A DNA stretch of 64,000 nucleotides. Source: a virus. Made by a program: the position numbers and the translations under genes. The stretch covers positions 1 through 64,000 of IMG/VR virus record IMGVR_UViG_3300006931_000002. One strand, written 5' to 3'. Positions 26,333 through 34,807 of the stretch are shown piece by piece. Within the stretch, counting starts at the first letter, position 1. Each line of letters starts with the position of its first letter. A model generated the notes under the pieces. The model had not been told where the DNA came from and searched no databases. It saw only the letters and a list, made by a program, of their open reading frames with translations.

Positions 26333-27242
26333 CGGCGATCTGGGTGCTGATCGGCGGGGCAGGTGCCGGGGCTGGGTGCAGGTCGATGTGACTGTCGCGG
26401 AGGGCAGCGGAGGCGAGGATGTTGCGGACGTAGTTCTGTGTCTCCGGGAAGGGCGGGACGCCGTGATACCGGTTGACCGCCCCCTGTCCGGCGTTGTAGC
26501 CGGCCAACGCCAGGCCGATGTCGCCGCCGTTGGCACGGATCAGGTCGGCGATCATGTCGGCCATGGCGGGGATCGCGTCCGCCGGGTCGAGTGGATCTTT
26601 CCGCCCGTCGTTGTCGCCGTCCTCGCCGCGGGTTGCCCACGTCGTCGGCATGAACTGGGCGATGCCCACAGCGCCAGCAGGGGAGCTGATCGTCGGATCG
26701 AAACCCGACTCCTGCCATAGCAGGGCGCGCAGCAGATCCCGGGGGACACCGGTCCGCGTCGCCGCACGGTCGATGTAGTCGTTGACGCCGGGCGTGCCGG
26801 GGCGGATCGCCGTCTGGGCATGCCACTGGGCGAGCGGGGTGACGATCGTGCCCCAGGCGGCGCCTTTCGCCTCGACGACCTGCCCGCCGCCGACATACAT
26901 GCCGACGTGGCCCGGCTTCTCAGCTTCCGACCCGGAACGGAACACAAGATCGCCCGGTTGGAGGGCGGACGGAGACACCCAGCCGGCGGCGCCGATCTGG
27001 TCGGTGGTGACCCTCGGCAAGGCGATGCCCGCAGCCGCGTAGGCGTGCTGGACGAGGCTGGAGCAGTCCCACGAACTGGGTCCATTCGACCCGTATATGT
27101 AGGGTTTGCCGACCTGCGCCTGCGCGAACGCGACCACAGGTGCAACGTTCGGCGTGCCTGCGGAGGCGGGCGGCGTACATATGCCGGCAGTGGCGGTGGC
27201 CGCAACGACCACCGCCACCATGCGGGCGGGCAGACGGCTCAC
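25227..27242 (-). CDS. NlpC/P60 peptidase, SLT lytic transglycosylase, TM segment, repeat linker and TraA-like C-terminal domain
   Basis: Signal-like N-terminus; GKPYIYG, WDCSSLV, GHVGMY (NlpC/P60); WQESGF, GAVGIAQFMPTTW, LAGYNAG, ETQNYV (SLT); internal AAGGAG plus in-frame ATG at 25592. Confidence 0.85.
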   Translation of the reverse strand: MSRLPARMVAVVVAATATAGICTPPASAGTPNVAPVVAFAQAQVGKPYIYGSNGPSSWDCSSLVQHAYAAAGIALPRVTTDQIGAAGWVSPSALQPGDLVFRSGSEAEKPGHVGMYVGGGQVVEAKGAAWGTIVTPLAQWHAQTAIRPGTPGVNDYIDRAATRTGVPRDLLRALLWQESGFDPTISSPAGAVGIAQFMPTTWATRGEDGDNDGRKDPLDPADAIPAMADMIADLIRANGGDIGLALAGYNAGQGAVNRYHGVPPFPETQNYVRNILASAALRDSHIDLHPAPAPAPPISTQIAAAAVDVVAIPALPRTPTDWVHDLAVGAATVALGLWLLRLFAPAIYTAWTARVRSRSRRAATAVRSKVAGSARLRPTVQAAERHADRARPSLRRARANIRNTRRGTAFVRTTVAVSARNRRRPAPGSALRFVKPAGSATGSATYSRPTGPTPASAAPFTVEAVAVIADLLRMLRTRLFGSATPRIVAEPSAPHSATGSATWGRPHAYAPPPSAPVADSAPSAPHPAAGSATTSATSPQPASNPARSTAMAVAHPYNLNWREHLQDPGFEALLKAAKGIQDVDLSKGEKVAALYMWTTEFLTVVADGIGYAADEAARRGLAKPVHSAVSLSADLITNAATSALRAEKNLFELHDTFFTTDLSKDTQRIGT

Positions 27243-28312
27243 CCTGCCAGCTCCCGCGCTGCCTGTTCCATTTCCTCGCGGACTTCACGCTTCCGGCTGT
27301 CGATCGTCCGCGGCGACACCCCAAGCGCCTCAGCGGCGCGTTTGGTGAAACCTGGCTCCGACAGCGACCGGCCGGAGTTGACTTCCCGGCGAATCCACTC
27401 CCGCTGCGCTTCCCGTCGCACCTCGTCCGGGTCCTCTTTGACTGGGCCGGAGGCCAGTGGCGCGGGCACCTCCGCCGGGAGGGGTTCCAGCGCGGCGATC
27501 TGCGGCTGAGATTCGACTGCCCTCAGCGGGGTTGGGGCTGGAACCTCCTGTGGTGTTGAGGGCTGCGGCTCATCGAGGTCGACAGTCGCCCGGATGGGTG
27601 CCGTCGGCGCTGTGACCGCGTCCAGGGGTGGAAGGCCAGCAGTCGGCGCCGTCTTCTCGGCCACGCCTCCGAACAGTTCCGTGCCGGCCGGGGGTCTCCG
27701 CGACGCCTCCAACGCGAGCAACTGTACGGTCGCCTGATCCTCAACCCGGGCGACCTGACGGCGGACCGCGGCAACGGCCAACTGCGCGGACGCCCTCGAC
27801 GTCTCGGCCTCAACCCACTGGGCGTCCTCCGGGGACAGGGTTGGGCGGATCGCCCGGTTCAACGTCCACCACAGGGTTTTCGCGACGATCGAAACTGTTG
27901 ACCCGACGATGGCCATCGCCACACCGCCGACGCGGAGCCCTTCCAGGAGGATCGCGGTGACGGTGACGGCGAGCAGCGCCCAGCCGACACAGTCGACAAC
28001 CAGGCGCCGATTAGGCCGGTACCGGACGATGAACGACATGCCGAGCACAGCCAGCCAGGCAAGATCGAACACCGCGCCAGCGAGGTAGGCCGTCCATGTG
28101 CTTTCCAGCAGGTGCGCGATCGACACGGTCGACCAAGTGACCGAGATGAGAGTGAGGACCAGTACGAGGCCGCCCACCCCCTGGACTGCAATCGCGTCCA
28201 CGTCGCGGGGCAGCTTCGGAACAGCCACCTTGCGGACGCGGGTGATCGGGGCGGTGACCCCGTCGACCGTGTGAGTGGACTCGTACTTTTCGGTCTGGAT
28301 GCGGAACTTCAC
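27239..28312 (-). CDS. SpdB-like four-TM protein with coiled coil and C-terminal HTH
   Basis: Four hydrophobic segments (AGAVFDLAWL); RAAEALGVSPRTI HTH; adjacent to the traB block. Confidence 0.65.
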   Translation of the reverse strand: MKFRIQTEKYESTHTVDGVTAPITRVRKVAVPKLPRDVDAIAVQGVGGLVLVLTLISVTWSTVSIAHLLESTWTAYLAGAVFDLAWLAVLGMSFIVRYRPNRRLVVDCVGWALLAVTVTAILLEGLRVGGVAMAIVGSTVSIVAKTLWWTLNRAIRPTLSPEDAQWVEAETSRASAQLAVAAVRRQVARVEDQATVQLLALEASRRPPAGTELFGGVAEKTAPTAGLPPLDAVTAPTAPIRATVDLDEPQPSTPQEVPAPTPLRAVESQPQIAALEPLPAEVPAPLASGPVKEDPDEVRREAQREWIRREVNSGRSLSEPGFTKRAAEALGVSPRTIDSRKREVREEMEQAARELAG

Positions 28313-28530
28313 CGTCCACCATCCGAACCGGCCTGACGGCTCTCCTGGTCAGCCCAGTGGTTGAGCTGCCCCTTCCAAGTGTCGAGATGGCCATCGGCGC
28401 CGACCGCCATACAGAAGAAGGTGCCGGCAAGCGCGCAGGCGATCATCCACCGCAGGCCGACCCTGCGGGCGGCGAAGGCGAGGATGGCCACAGAACCGAC
28501 GGCGATCACGCCCACGATCAGCAGGGCCAT
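28309..28530 (-). CDS. Small two-TM membrane protein (Spd-like)
   Basis: GAGAGGAG RBS; hydrophobic. Confidence 0.6.
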   Translation of the reverse strand: MALLIVGVIAVGSVAILAFAARRVGLRWMIACALAGTFFCMAVGADGHLDTWKGQLNHWADQESRQAGSDGGR

Positions 28531-28546
28531 GGCTGGGTCTCCTCTC

Positions 28547-29062
28547 TCAGTGCAGGTGGGGGGCGACGACGTGGGTGAGGACAAACCAGAAGCCGGTTCC
28601 GGTTGTCGCCGTGCCGATGGCGACGGCTAGCAGGTGCTTCCACGAGTGCGACGCGGCGAGCGCGACATGCCCTGCGGTCCACAGGGCCAGAAGCAACGTG
28701 AACAGCGGCAGCGCTGCGACCAGCGCGACAATCAGGAAGATCGCCCACGCACCGAGGTGCGCGGGGACCTCGCCGGATGGCGCCTTCCACGGTGCCGGCG
28801 GTGGGGTAGCGAACTCCGGCCATGCCGGTGGGACGCTGTTCGCGACACTGCGGGACATCACCCGCAGTACCAAGTCACCTGGTTCGCGGCCACGTTCGAC
28901 GGTGACCGACAGGTCAACCGGGTAGACGGGTCGCGGGGCGACCGTCGTGGACGACTTCTTTCCCGCCGGGGCCTTGTCGCCCTTGCCGCTCGGGGTGGGT
29001 GCGGGCGGCGCCGACGGTCCCCGCATTCCAGGGATTACCACGGTGTCCGTGTCCGAGGCCAT
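28547..29062 (-). CDS. Membrane protein (Spd-like)
   Basis: Pro-rich N-terminus, C-terminal TM segments. Confidence 0.6.
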   Translation of the reverse strand: MASDTDTVVIPGMRGPSAPPAPTPSGKGDKAPAGKKSSTTVAPRPVYPVDLSVTVERGREPGDLVLRVMSRSVANSVPPAWPEFATPPPAPWKAPSGEVPAHLGAWAIFLIVALVAALPLFTLLLALWTAGHVALAASHSWKHLLAVAIGTATTGTGFWFVLTHVVAPHLH

Positions 29063-29346
29063 CAGCCGAGCACCCCCGCGGTGACGAACGCGGCGACGAA
29101 CAGGCCGAACGCAAGCACCGTCTGGCGCTTCCACCAGCCGGCGGGCTTGTCGCGGCGGAATCCGAGCGCGACAAGGCGGACGGTCGCCCAGCCTGCGGCG
29201 ATGAGCAGCAGGGAGACGAACATGCCGCCGTGGAGACGGTGGAAGACGGTCGCCAGGCCGATGACGGTCAGCGCGGCGGCGAACGCGAGAACGGACGGAG
29301 ACAGCCTGCGAGGGGTCGTGTTGGGGACGTTCGACGGCGGCTTCAT
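29062..29346 (-). CDS. Three-TM membrane protein
   Basis: Three hydrophobic segments; overlap coupling. Confidence 0.6.
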   Translation of the reverse strand: MKPPSNVPNTTPRRLSPSVLAFAAALTVIGLATVFHRLHGGMFVSLLLIAAGWATVRLVALGFRRDKPAGWWKRQTVLAFGLFVAAFVTAGVLG

Positions 29347-29759
29347 CGGGCGACCACCAGGACGGTGAGAAGCAGCATGGCCAGCGCTCCGGCGAGCGGC
29401 CGGGCGAACCAGAACCGGCCGACCCGCTGGGCCTTGACGAGCTGGACGCCGTAGAGAACGGCGGTCAGGGCGAGGCCGGCAGCGACGCCACGGTGCAAAC
29501 CCCAGTGGGCCATGGCGAACAGAAGGGCGAAGGCGAGGACGATCCGCGGCGTCCACCCCTCGACAGTGGCGCCGTGGAAACGGGCGACCACCCTGTCCTT
29601 CACGGTGCTGGTCGTGGACTGCGGTTCGACCGGGATGCCGTAGGGCGGGGTGCGGTCGGAGTCGGTGTAGGACGACATGCGGCCAGCGGGGTTGGTGCAG
29701 GCCGGCTCGTCGACGTAGTCGGAGCCGTCCCACACGTCGGGGTCAGCGGGAATGGACAT
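29343..29759 (-). CDS. Three-TM membrane protein
   Basis: Three hydrophobic segments; similar layout to 29062-29346. Confidence 0.6.
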   Translation of the reverse strand: MSIPADPDVWDGSDYVDEPACTNPAGRMSSYTDSDRTPPYGIPVEPQSTTSTVKDRVVARFHGATVEGWTPRIVLAFALLFAMAHWGLHRGVAAGLALTAVLYGVQLVKAQRVGRFWFARPLAGALAMLLLTVLVVAR

Positions 29760-29881
29760 CAACGCACCTTGAGGTAGATGAGGATCGCGACAGCGAGCGC
29801 GACGAGAACGGCGATGACGAGGTGGAAGGCCCAGCCATGAGGCTGTGGCTGGCGGGGATAGCCGTTCTGAGCGCTGGTCAC
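29759..29881 (-). CDS. 40-aa single-TM peptide (not in ORF track)
   Basis: MTSAQNG...FHLVIAVLVALAVAILIYLKVR*; overlaps both neighbours. Confidence 0.5.
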   Translation of the reverse strand: MTSAQNGYPRQPQPHGWAFHLVIAVLVALAVAILIYLKVR

Positions 29882-29960
29882 GAGCCGCCACCCTTAGAGC
29901 AGATCGAGTCGTGGTCGCCGAGAATCCGGCCACACTCGGAGCAGGCAAGATCGTCGTGGT

Positions 29961-30194
29961 TCATGGGGCGCCGTCCCGGCCGAAGTACTGGTCCGGGGTG
30001 ATCAGCTCGAACGGCTTGACGTGCCACGCCTCGCCGCTCTGACCGGTCACCTTGACGGTCTTCCGGTAGCGGGTACTGCCTTCGGGTTCGCACCGCCAGC
30101 AGTGGCATGCCGTGATGGTCAGCGGTCCGCCGATCGACGGGTTCCGGCCGTCGTAGTAGACCGTCTCGGCGACGGTGAGCGCGGGGCCGGTCAT
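29961..30194 (-). CDS. Hypothetical protein
   Basis: CHCWRC motif; ATGA overlap with the whiB-like gene. Confidence 0.55.
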   Translation of the reverse strand: MTGPALTVAETVYYDGRNPSIGGPLTITACHCWRCEPEGSTRYRKTVKVTGQSGEAWHVKPFELITPDQYFGRDGAP

Positions 30195-30562
30195 GCTGCT
30201 ACCGCCGTCCGGGGAGACGGCTGGTGCTCGCGGAGCAGGGCGCTGCGTTCCCGGTAGGTCAACCCGCCATAGACGCCCCGCTTCTCACCGGTTCTCAGCG
30301 CCCATCTCAGGCAGGGCAGCCGAACCGGGCAGCCATAGCAGACAGCTTTGGCGCGGCGGCTCTCGGCGGCCGAGCCGGATCGGGCGGGGACCATGTTGAC
30401 GGCATCGGCGACCTGGCAGGCGGCACGCTGCCGCCAGTGCGGGTCGAACGGCCGTTCGGACACGGTCAACGTTCGGACTCTGGGCGCACTGACGGCGCCC
30501 ATCTTCGAGGCTGCGGCCTCGTCGGGCGCGCGCAACGGCGCGCCCGGTGGCACGATCGCCAC
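30191..30562 (-). CDS. whiB: WhiB-family Fe-S transcription factor
   Basis: WRQRAAC...AKAVCYGCPVRLPCL...GVYGGLTYRER; AGGAGG RBS. Confidence 0.92.
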   Translation of the reverse strand: MAIVPPGAPLRAPDEAAASKMGAVSAPRVRTLTVSERPFDPHWRQRAACQVADAVNMVPARSGSAAESRRAKAVCYGCPVRLPCLRWALRTGEKRGVYGGLTYRERSALLREHQPSPRTAVAA

Positions 30563-30685
30563 TGGGTCTACCTCCTGCTAGCTCAGGGGGTTGGGCCAAG
30601 TCCTCTCGGGCATGGCTGGCAGGCCGTGTCCGAGGGGCACCCACCTGGCAGGGCGGGTGTGACCCGTATTTGGTTGTCGACCCTC

Positions 30686-30713
30686 ACAATAGCCGGGAAA
30701 TCCCTGCTGTCAA
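30686..30713 (-). promoter_or_regulatory. Consensus-like promoter for the whiB/transfer operon
   Basis: TTGACA-N16-TATTGT. Confidence 0.6.
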
Positions 30714-30825
30714 AACACATTTCACCCGACACGCCGTAGCACCCTGTTTTCCCAGCTAGACTCGCGTGATCACTATCCCCACTGTTTCGCCACACACACC
30801 ACCCACCACACCGGAAGGGCAGGGC

Positions 30826-31131
30826 ATGGCCCGAGGCAAGCACCACGTCTACGTCGACGACACCGCCTGGGACGGCGCCAAGGCCCGAGACCGGGAGGAC
30901 GGCCTGTCGCTGTCCCGCGCCGTGGAGACGTGGATCTGGGCCCGATGGAAGGCCCCCAAGGGGCTGTTCCGCCGGCTGCAACGCCAAGCCGAAGATGAGG
31001 GCTGCCATCCCGGGGAGGTGGTGCTACGGGCGTTGCGCCGCGAACTCGGCGACCCGCGGCCGGTCGCCGCGGAACCAGGGCCGGAACGTGGAGAAGCCGC
31101 CGACCCGAAGGCCGACGGCTCAGACGTGTAG
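30826..31131 (+). CDS. Tandem ribbon-helix-helix-like regulator
   Basis: HHVYVDDTAWDGAKARDREDGLSLSRAV, then RRLQRQAEDEGCHPGEVVLRAL. Confidence 0.65.
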   Translation: MARGKHHVYVDDTAWDGAKARDREDGLSLSRAVETWIWARWKAPKGLFRRLQRQAEDEGCHPGEVVLRALRRELGDPRPVAAEPGPERGEAADPKADGSDV

Positions 31132-31134
31132 GAG

Positions 31135-31527
31135 TCAGAACGCGGCGACTACTGCTTTGGCCGCGTCTTCAAGCGACGACCCGTCGTAGAGGAAACTCCC
31201 GTCCTCGCCTTGGACAACCCAGCGGCTATGGTCCGCGCTGACGATCACCCGGATCGTGTCGACCTCGAAGACGCCCATCCGGGGCTGGCCGATCAGATGG
31301 TCGTTGTCCGGGTTCCATCCGGCCGCGTGCAGCGCTGCGACGAGCTGGGCGTGGAGGGCGAGGTCAGCGGTCCGCCAGGCGTCGGCGACGGCGAGCCGGC
31401 GGAGGTGGAACGGGATAGTTGACCCGCAGTCTGGGTGGCTGCACTCCCACTTCACCATCGACGGCAGCGAGCCAGACTTCTTCACAGTCCAGCCGGGCGG
31501 AGGGTTACGGCGAGGGTCGGCGGCCAC
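31135..31527 (-). CDS. Hypothetical protein
   Basis: AAGGAG RBS; protein-like composition. Confidence 0.55.
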   Translation of the reverse strand: MAADPRRNPPPGWTVKKSGSLPSMVKWECSHPDCGSTIPFHLRRLAVADAWRTADLALHAQLVAALHAAGWNPDNDHLIGQPRMGVFEVDTIRVIVSADHSRWVVQGEDGSFLYDGSSLEDAAKAVVAAF

Positions 31528-31529
31528 GT

Positions 31530-32783
31530 CTACTCCTTCGTCTCGGTGGTGGCGGGCTGGTCGGGGGTAGCTGGGCCGCGCAGTACGTAGGAGATCAGGC
31601 CGTGGTCGATCACCCACCGGTCTCCGTGGTCGATGAGCCGGGCGTCGCGGTCACGGTCGTACAGGGCCCATGCTTCGGCCGGGTCGCAGGGTTTCGGCTC
31701 TTGCCGCAGGTGGTGGTGCTGTTCGCAGGTGGCGGTGGCGGCGCGGAGTTCGGCGGCTCGTTTGGTGCCCCGGCGGATTGCCTTCGGCCCAGTGGTGGCA
31801 ACCTTCCGTCCGCCGGAGGGACGGAGGATGGCTGTGGTTTCGTCTGGGGCGCGGCGGCCGGTCACCTCGCCATAGGGCAGGGTGCGGGTCGACCCGGGCA
31901 GGTTGCCGACGGCCATCTCGATGGCCTTGGCCATACCAGAATTGCGGATGTTGATCGGGCAGGGCACCGTCAGCGTCTTCGCGTTGACCCGGAGGACGGG
32001 CATCCAGCCAAGGCCGCCGCCCACCCAGTCGCCCGGGGTGAAATCGTCCGGTCCCCACACCTTCACGCCGCTGGCCTTGGCCGCTTCGATCTGGCCGCGC
32101 CAGTAGCCGATCTGGTCGTCGAGTTGTGCGGCCATGCCGGTCAGCCGGTCGTGGTAGTCGCCGCCTTCGCTGGCGCCGGCCAGACGGCGGCCGATGTCGC
32201 GGCGTTCCGCTTCGAGGCGTTCGACACGCCGAATCGTGGTGTGCAGGTTTTCGCGGTGCGACTGGGTAGCTTCTGCGGCGTGGGCCCGGTTCTGCCAATG
32301 CTCGGCTTTGCGCACTTCGGTGGCCGACCGGTCGAGGGCGGCGCTGAGGCGTTCCCGGTCGCGTCGGGCGCGCCGCTCCGAATGGTGTCCGACGAGGATG
32401 GGCTGCCCGAACGGGATGCCGTCGCTGATGAGCTGGGCCCGGTTGTAGGCCGCATCGGCACGGGTCGCAGCGTTGGTGGCGTAACCCTCGTACCGGTCGG
32501 CCCGGTCGGCGGCGCGTTCGGCGCGTTCGGCCTCGACGGTGGCGGTGTCGCGGGGCGTGTCGTCGATGATGACTGTGACGTCGAAACCGGCGGCGCGTAG
32601 CGCGTCGGCGGCCTGGTTGATGATGTGCCGGTCGGCCATCCGGTCGCGTGAGCCGCGGATACGCCACGCGCCGTAGCGCCAGGTGAACCGGTGGGCTTTG
32701 AGAATGTCACCCGATCCGTCGCCCTTGCGGGTGCCGGCTACTTCCGTGCCGTCGGCATGCGTGTGGGTGATCGTGAGCGTCAT
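31530..32783 (-). CDS. DUF3560 domain protein
   Basis: IPFGQPILVGHHSERRARR signature; AAAGGAG RBS. Confidence 0.9.
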   Translation of the reverse strand: MTLTITHTHADGTEVAGTRKGDGSGDILKAHRFTWRYGAWRIRGSRDRMADRHIINQAADALRAAGFDVTVIIDDTPRDTATVEAERAERAADRADRYEGYATNAATRADAAYNRAQLISDGIPFGQPILVGHHSERRARRDRERLSAALDRSATEVRKAEHWQNRAHAAEATQSHRENLHTTIRRVERLEAERRDIGRRLAGASEGGDYHDRLTGMAAQLDDQIGYWRGQIEAAKASGVKVWGPDDFTPGDWVGGGLGWMPVLRVNAKTLTVPCPINIRNSGMAKAIEMAVGNLPGSTRTLPYGEVTGRRAPDETTAILRPSGGRKVATTGPKAIRRGTKRAAELRAATATCEQHHHLRQEPKPCDPAEAWALYDRDRDARLIDHGDRWVIDHGLISYVLRGPATPDQPATTETKE

Positions 32784-32835
32784 GGCGCTCCTTTCGGGTG
32801 GTGCTGGCCCGGGTCGGGGGGCCGGCGACGGAGAG

Positions 32836-33099
32836 TCAGATCGGGCGGCGGATACGCGCGTCATAGCCGTGCCACCAGACCTCGCGGGCGGGCAACGAGG
32901 TGACGTGCGAGACGAGTCGCATGAGCGGGGCGCCACCGTGGAGCCGAGTCCCGGTTGGCTCTGACGCGACCGTGGCGACGGTGACGCCGTTGCGGGTGCG
33001 CTCGGCGTCACGGCCGGCGGTGAACCGCTGGCCGTCCGGGGTGAGGGAGAAGACCGTGCCGCACACGATTTCGCGGGCCGGCATCTTGCTGTGGGTCAT
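32836..33099 (-). CDS. Hypothetical protein
   Basis: GAAGGG RBS. Confidence 0.55.
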   Translation of the reverse strand: MTHSKMPAREIVCGTVFSLTPDGQRFTAGRDAERTRNGVTVATVASEPTGTRLHGGAPLMRLVSHVTSLPAREVWWHGYDARIRRPI

Positions 33100-33123
33100 G
33101 ACGATTCCCTTCTGGTGGACTGG

Positions 33124-33624
33124 TCAGGCGGCGACAGCGAACACGCCCGGGAGGGCAATGGCGGTCCGGGTGGTCGACTCGACACCGGCAACCAAGGTCA
33201 CGGCCGCCGAGTGGAAGCACGGCTTCCCGGCGAGTCCGCGGGCGCAGTTGCAGGTGCGGGTGGTGGTCCGGTAGGTGTCGCCGCGGTGGCCGACGGTCAG
33301 GAACACCTGTCCGCGCAGGTGGATGACGCCGCCGTCCTCGACCAGCTCGACCGCGTCGTCGATCTGGCGGTCGGTGTAGTCGGCGGTCAGTGCGGCGAGC
33401 CGGGCGCGGCGGTGGGCCTTGCGCCAGCAGCCAGCGCCGTAGCCGCGGGCGATCGCCTTCGCGGAACGGACGGGCCGGTCGCAGCCGATGCAGCGGACGA
33501 CTGGGGCGGGCTCGACGGGGGCGGGGATTCCGGCCGCGGCCTGGAAGTCAGCCCACATGCGGTCGCCGTCCTCGACTTCGTTGCCGAAGATCGCGAACGG
33601 GTCGTAGTCGGTTGTCGTGGTCAT
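33124..33624 (-). CDS. DUF6011-like plus SWIM zinc-finger protein
   Basis: CIGCDRPV...ARGYGAGCW; CNC...PCFH. Confidence 0.75.
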   Translation of the reverse strand: MTTTTDYDPFAIFGNEVEDGDRMWADFQAAAGIPAPVEPAPVVRCIGCDRPVRSAKAIARGYGAGCWRKAHRRARLAALTADYTDRQIDDAVELVEDGGVIHLRGQVFLTVGHRGDTYRTTTRTCNCARGLAGKPCFHSAAVTLVAGVESTTRTAIALPGVFAVAA

Positions 33625-33657
33625 TCTGGTTGCCCCCTCGCCTTGCCCCATGTCCAT

Positions 33658-33731
33658 ACTGTACCCACACTGTGGGAACAGAGCAAGGGGTGGACGCGGA
33701 CGGGTGGCTAGCGGGGACCTGTAGGTACAGT
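33658..33731. promoter_or_regulatory. Divergent promoters with palindromic operator
   Basis: Minus strand TTGCTC-N17-TACAGT; TGTACCCACA-C-TGTGGGAACA in the spacer; plus-strand TACAGT 7 nt before ATG 33739. Confidence 0.7.
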
Positions 33732-33738
33732 GGGGCCC

Positions 33739-33915
33739 ATGGCAGAGACCCCGCTTCGCCGGTTCCGCGCCGACGACGAGCTGTGGAACGCATTCAAGGC
33801 CGCCGTAGAGCACAGCCCAGACCCAGAGGCCAACACCAACGCCGTCATCCGGCAGATGCTCCGCTGGTACGTCCGCCAACCAGGCGCGAAGCTCCCCGAA
33901 CGCCCACCGGCATGA
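33739..33915 (+). CDS. Ribbon-helix-helix regulator
   Basis: TPLRRFRADDELWNAF...NAVIRQMLRWYVRQPGAKLPERP. Confidence 0.75.
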   Translation: MAETPLRRFRADDELWNAFKAAVEHSPDPEANTNAVIRQMLRWYVRQPGAKLPERPPA

Positions 33916-33924
33916 CCTTCGCCG

Positions 33925-34278
33925 TCACAGGGCATTCGCTCTCGCTGCGAGCACATCCCCGTGGCAGGCAAGCGGCGCGCAGTAACAGCCGAGTGCCTTG
34001 CCGCGTAGTTCGGGGAGAGCTGCCAGCAGGTTGGGACGGCTGTCGAGGTACCGCTCGAAGGCGGCGATGACCTGGGCCCGGTCGAACTCGTCGGCGCTCG
34101 GGGGAAGCGGGAACGGGTTGCCCCACGGTCCTGGGCGGGAGACGCGGACGAGTAGACCGCGGCGCTTCAAGTCCCGCAGGAACGGGGTGTAGGGCTTACG
34201 GAACGGGGGCAGGCGGACGACGACGGCAAGGCCGGAGTCGAGCTGGGCCAGGATCTCCGCCTCGTTCAACGACTCCAT
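33925..34278 (-). CDS. DUF4326 domain protein
   Basis: RPGPWGNPF; LRGKALGCYCAPLACHGDVL. Confidence 0.9.
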   Translation of the reverse strand: MESLNEAEILAQLDSGLAVVVRLPPFRKPYTPFLRDLKRRGLLVRVSRPGPWGNPFPLPPSADEFDRAQVIAAFERYLDSRPNLLAALPELRGKALGCYCAPLACHGDVLAARANAL

Positions 34279-34490
34279 GACGAACCCCTTCGGTGCCCGA
34301 CGTGGAACGCCGAGCACCTGTCGCAGCGGTACGCGGACCATAGGCCCGCCGCGGCACCCATCCGTCGATGCCAGCGGACCACTGCCAGCGCCTCAGCCTT
34401 CGTCTGCTTCTTCTTCCGCTCGCACTTCTGCTTGGCGGTGTGCTTCTCCCGGGGCATCTTGTGCTGACGGGAGCGAGTACGACGGCTCAT
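34266..34490 (-). CDS. Small basic zinc-finger protein
   Basis: AYRCDRCSAFHVGH. Confidence 0.65.
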   Translation of the reverse strand: MSRRTRSRQHKMPREKHTAKQKCERKKKQTKAEALAVVRWHRRMGAAAGLWSAYRCDRCSAFHVGHRRGSSWSR

Positions 34491-34807
34491 CAGTCGTCGT
34501 CGTGTTCGTTGGCCGGGTGGTCGCAGCCCGCACAGTCGTCGCCGCGCTGCCCGCCTTCGGGGATCTCGTAGTCCGAGTATCGGGAGCAGCAGCCGCACAG
34601 TTTGACCCCGTGGTCGGCGAACGCGGCGACGATCGCCGGGTCGTCTTTGAACCGGTCGAGTGAGTCCCGGGCCGTGTCCCAGTCTTCTTCCAACAGGCGG
34701 CCGACCAGACCGCCGAGCACCGTTTCCTTCATCTCGTCCGGCGCGCCGCAGTCGATCAAGGCCTGTGCGATCGGGTCGAAGATGTCGCCGGCAGAGGCCC
34801 AGCCCAT
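34490..34807 (-). CDS. Hypothetical protein, paralog of 35217-35522
   Basis: MGWxSA..FDP.A.A.I..GAP...DWDT. Confidence 0.7.
   Translation of the reverse strand: MGWASAGDIFDPIAQALIDCGAPDEMKETVLGGLVGRLLEEDWDTARDSLDRFKDDPAIVAAFADHGVKLCGCCSRYSDYEIPEGGQRGDDCAGCDHPANEHDDD

Noticed and set aside
30575-30665. Possible tRNA upstream of whiB
   Set aside because: Only a long hairpin; no T-loop GTTC, cloverleaf or CCA end. No tRNA or rRNA recognised anywhere in the window
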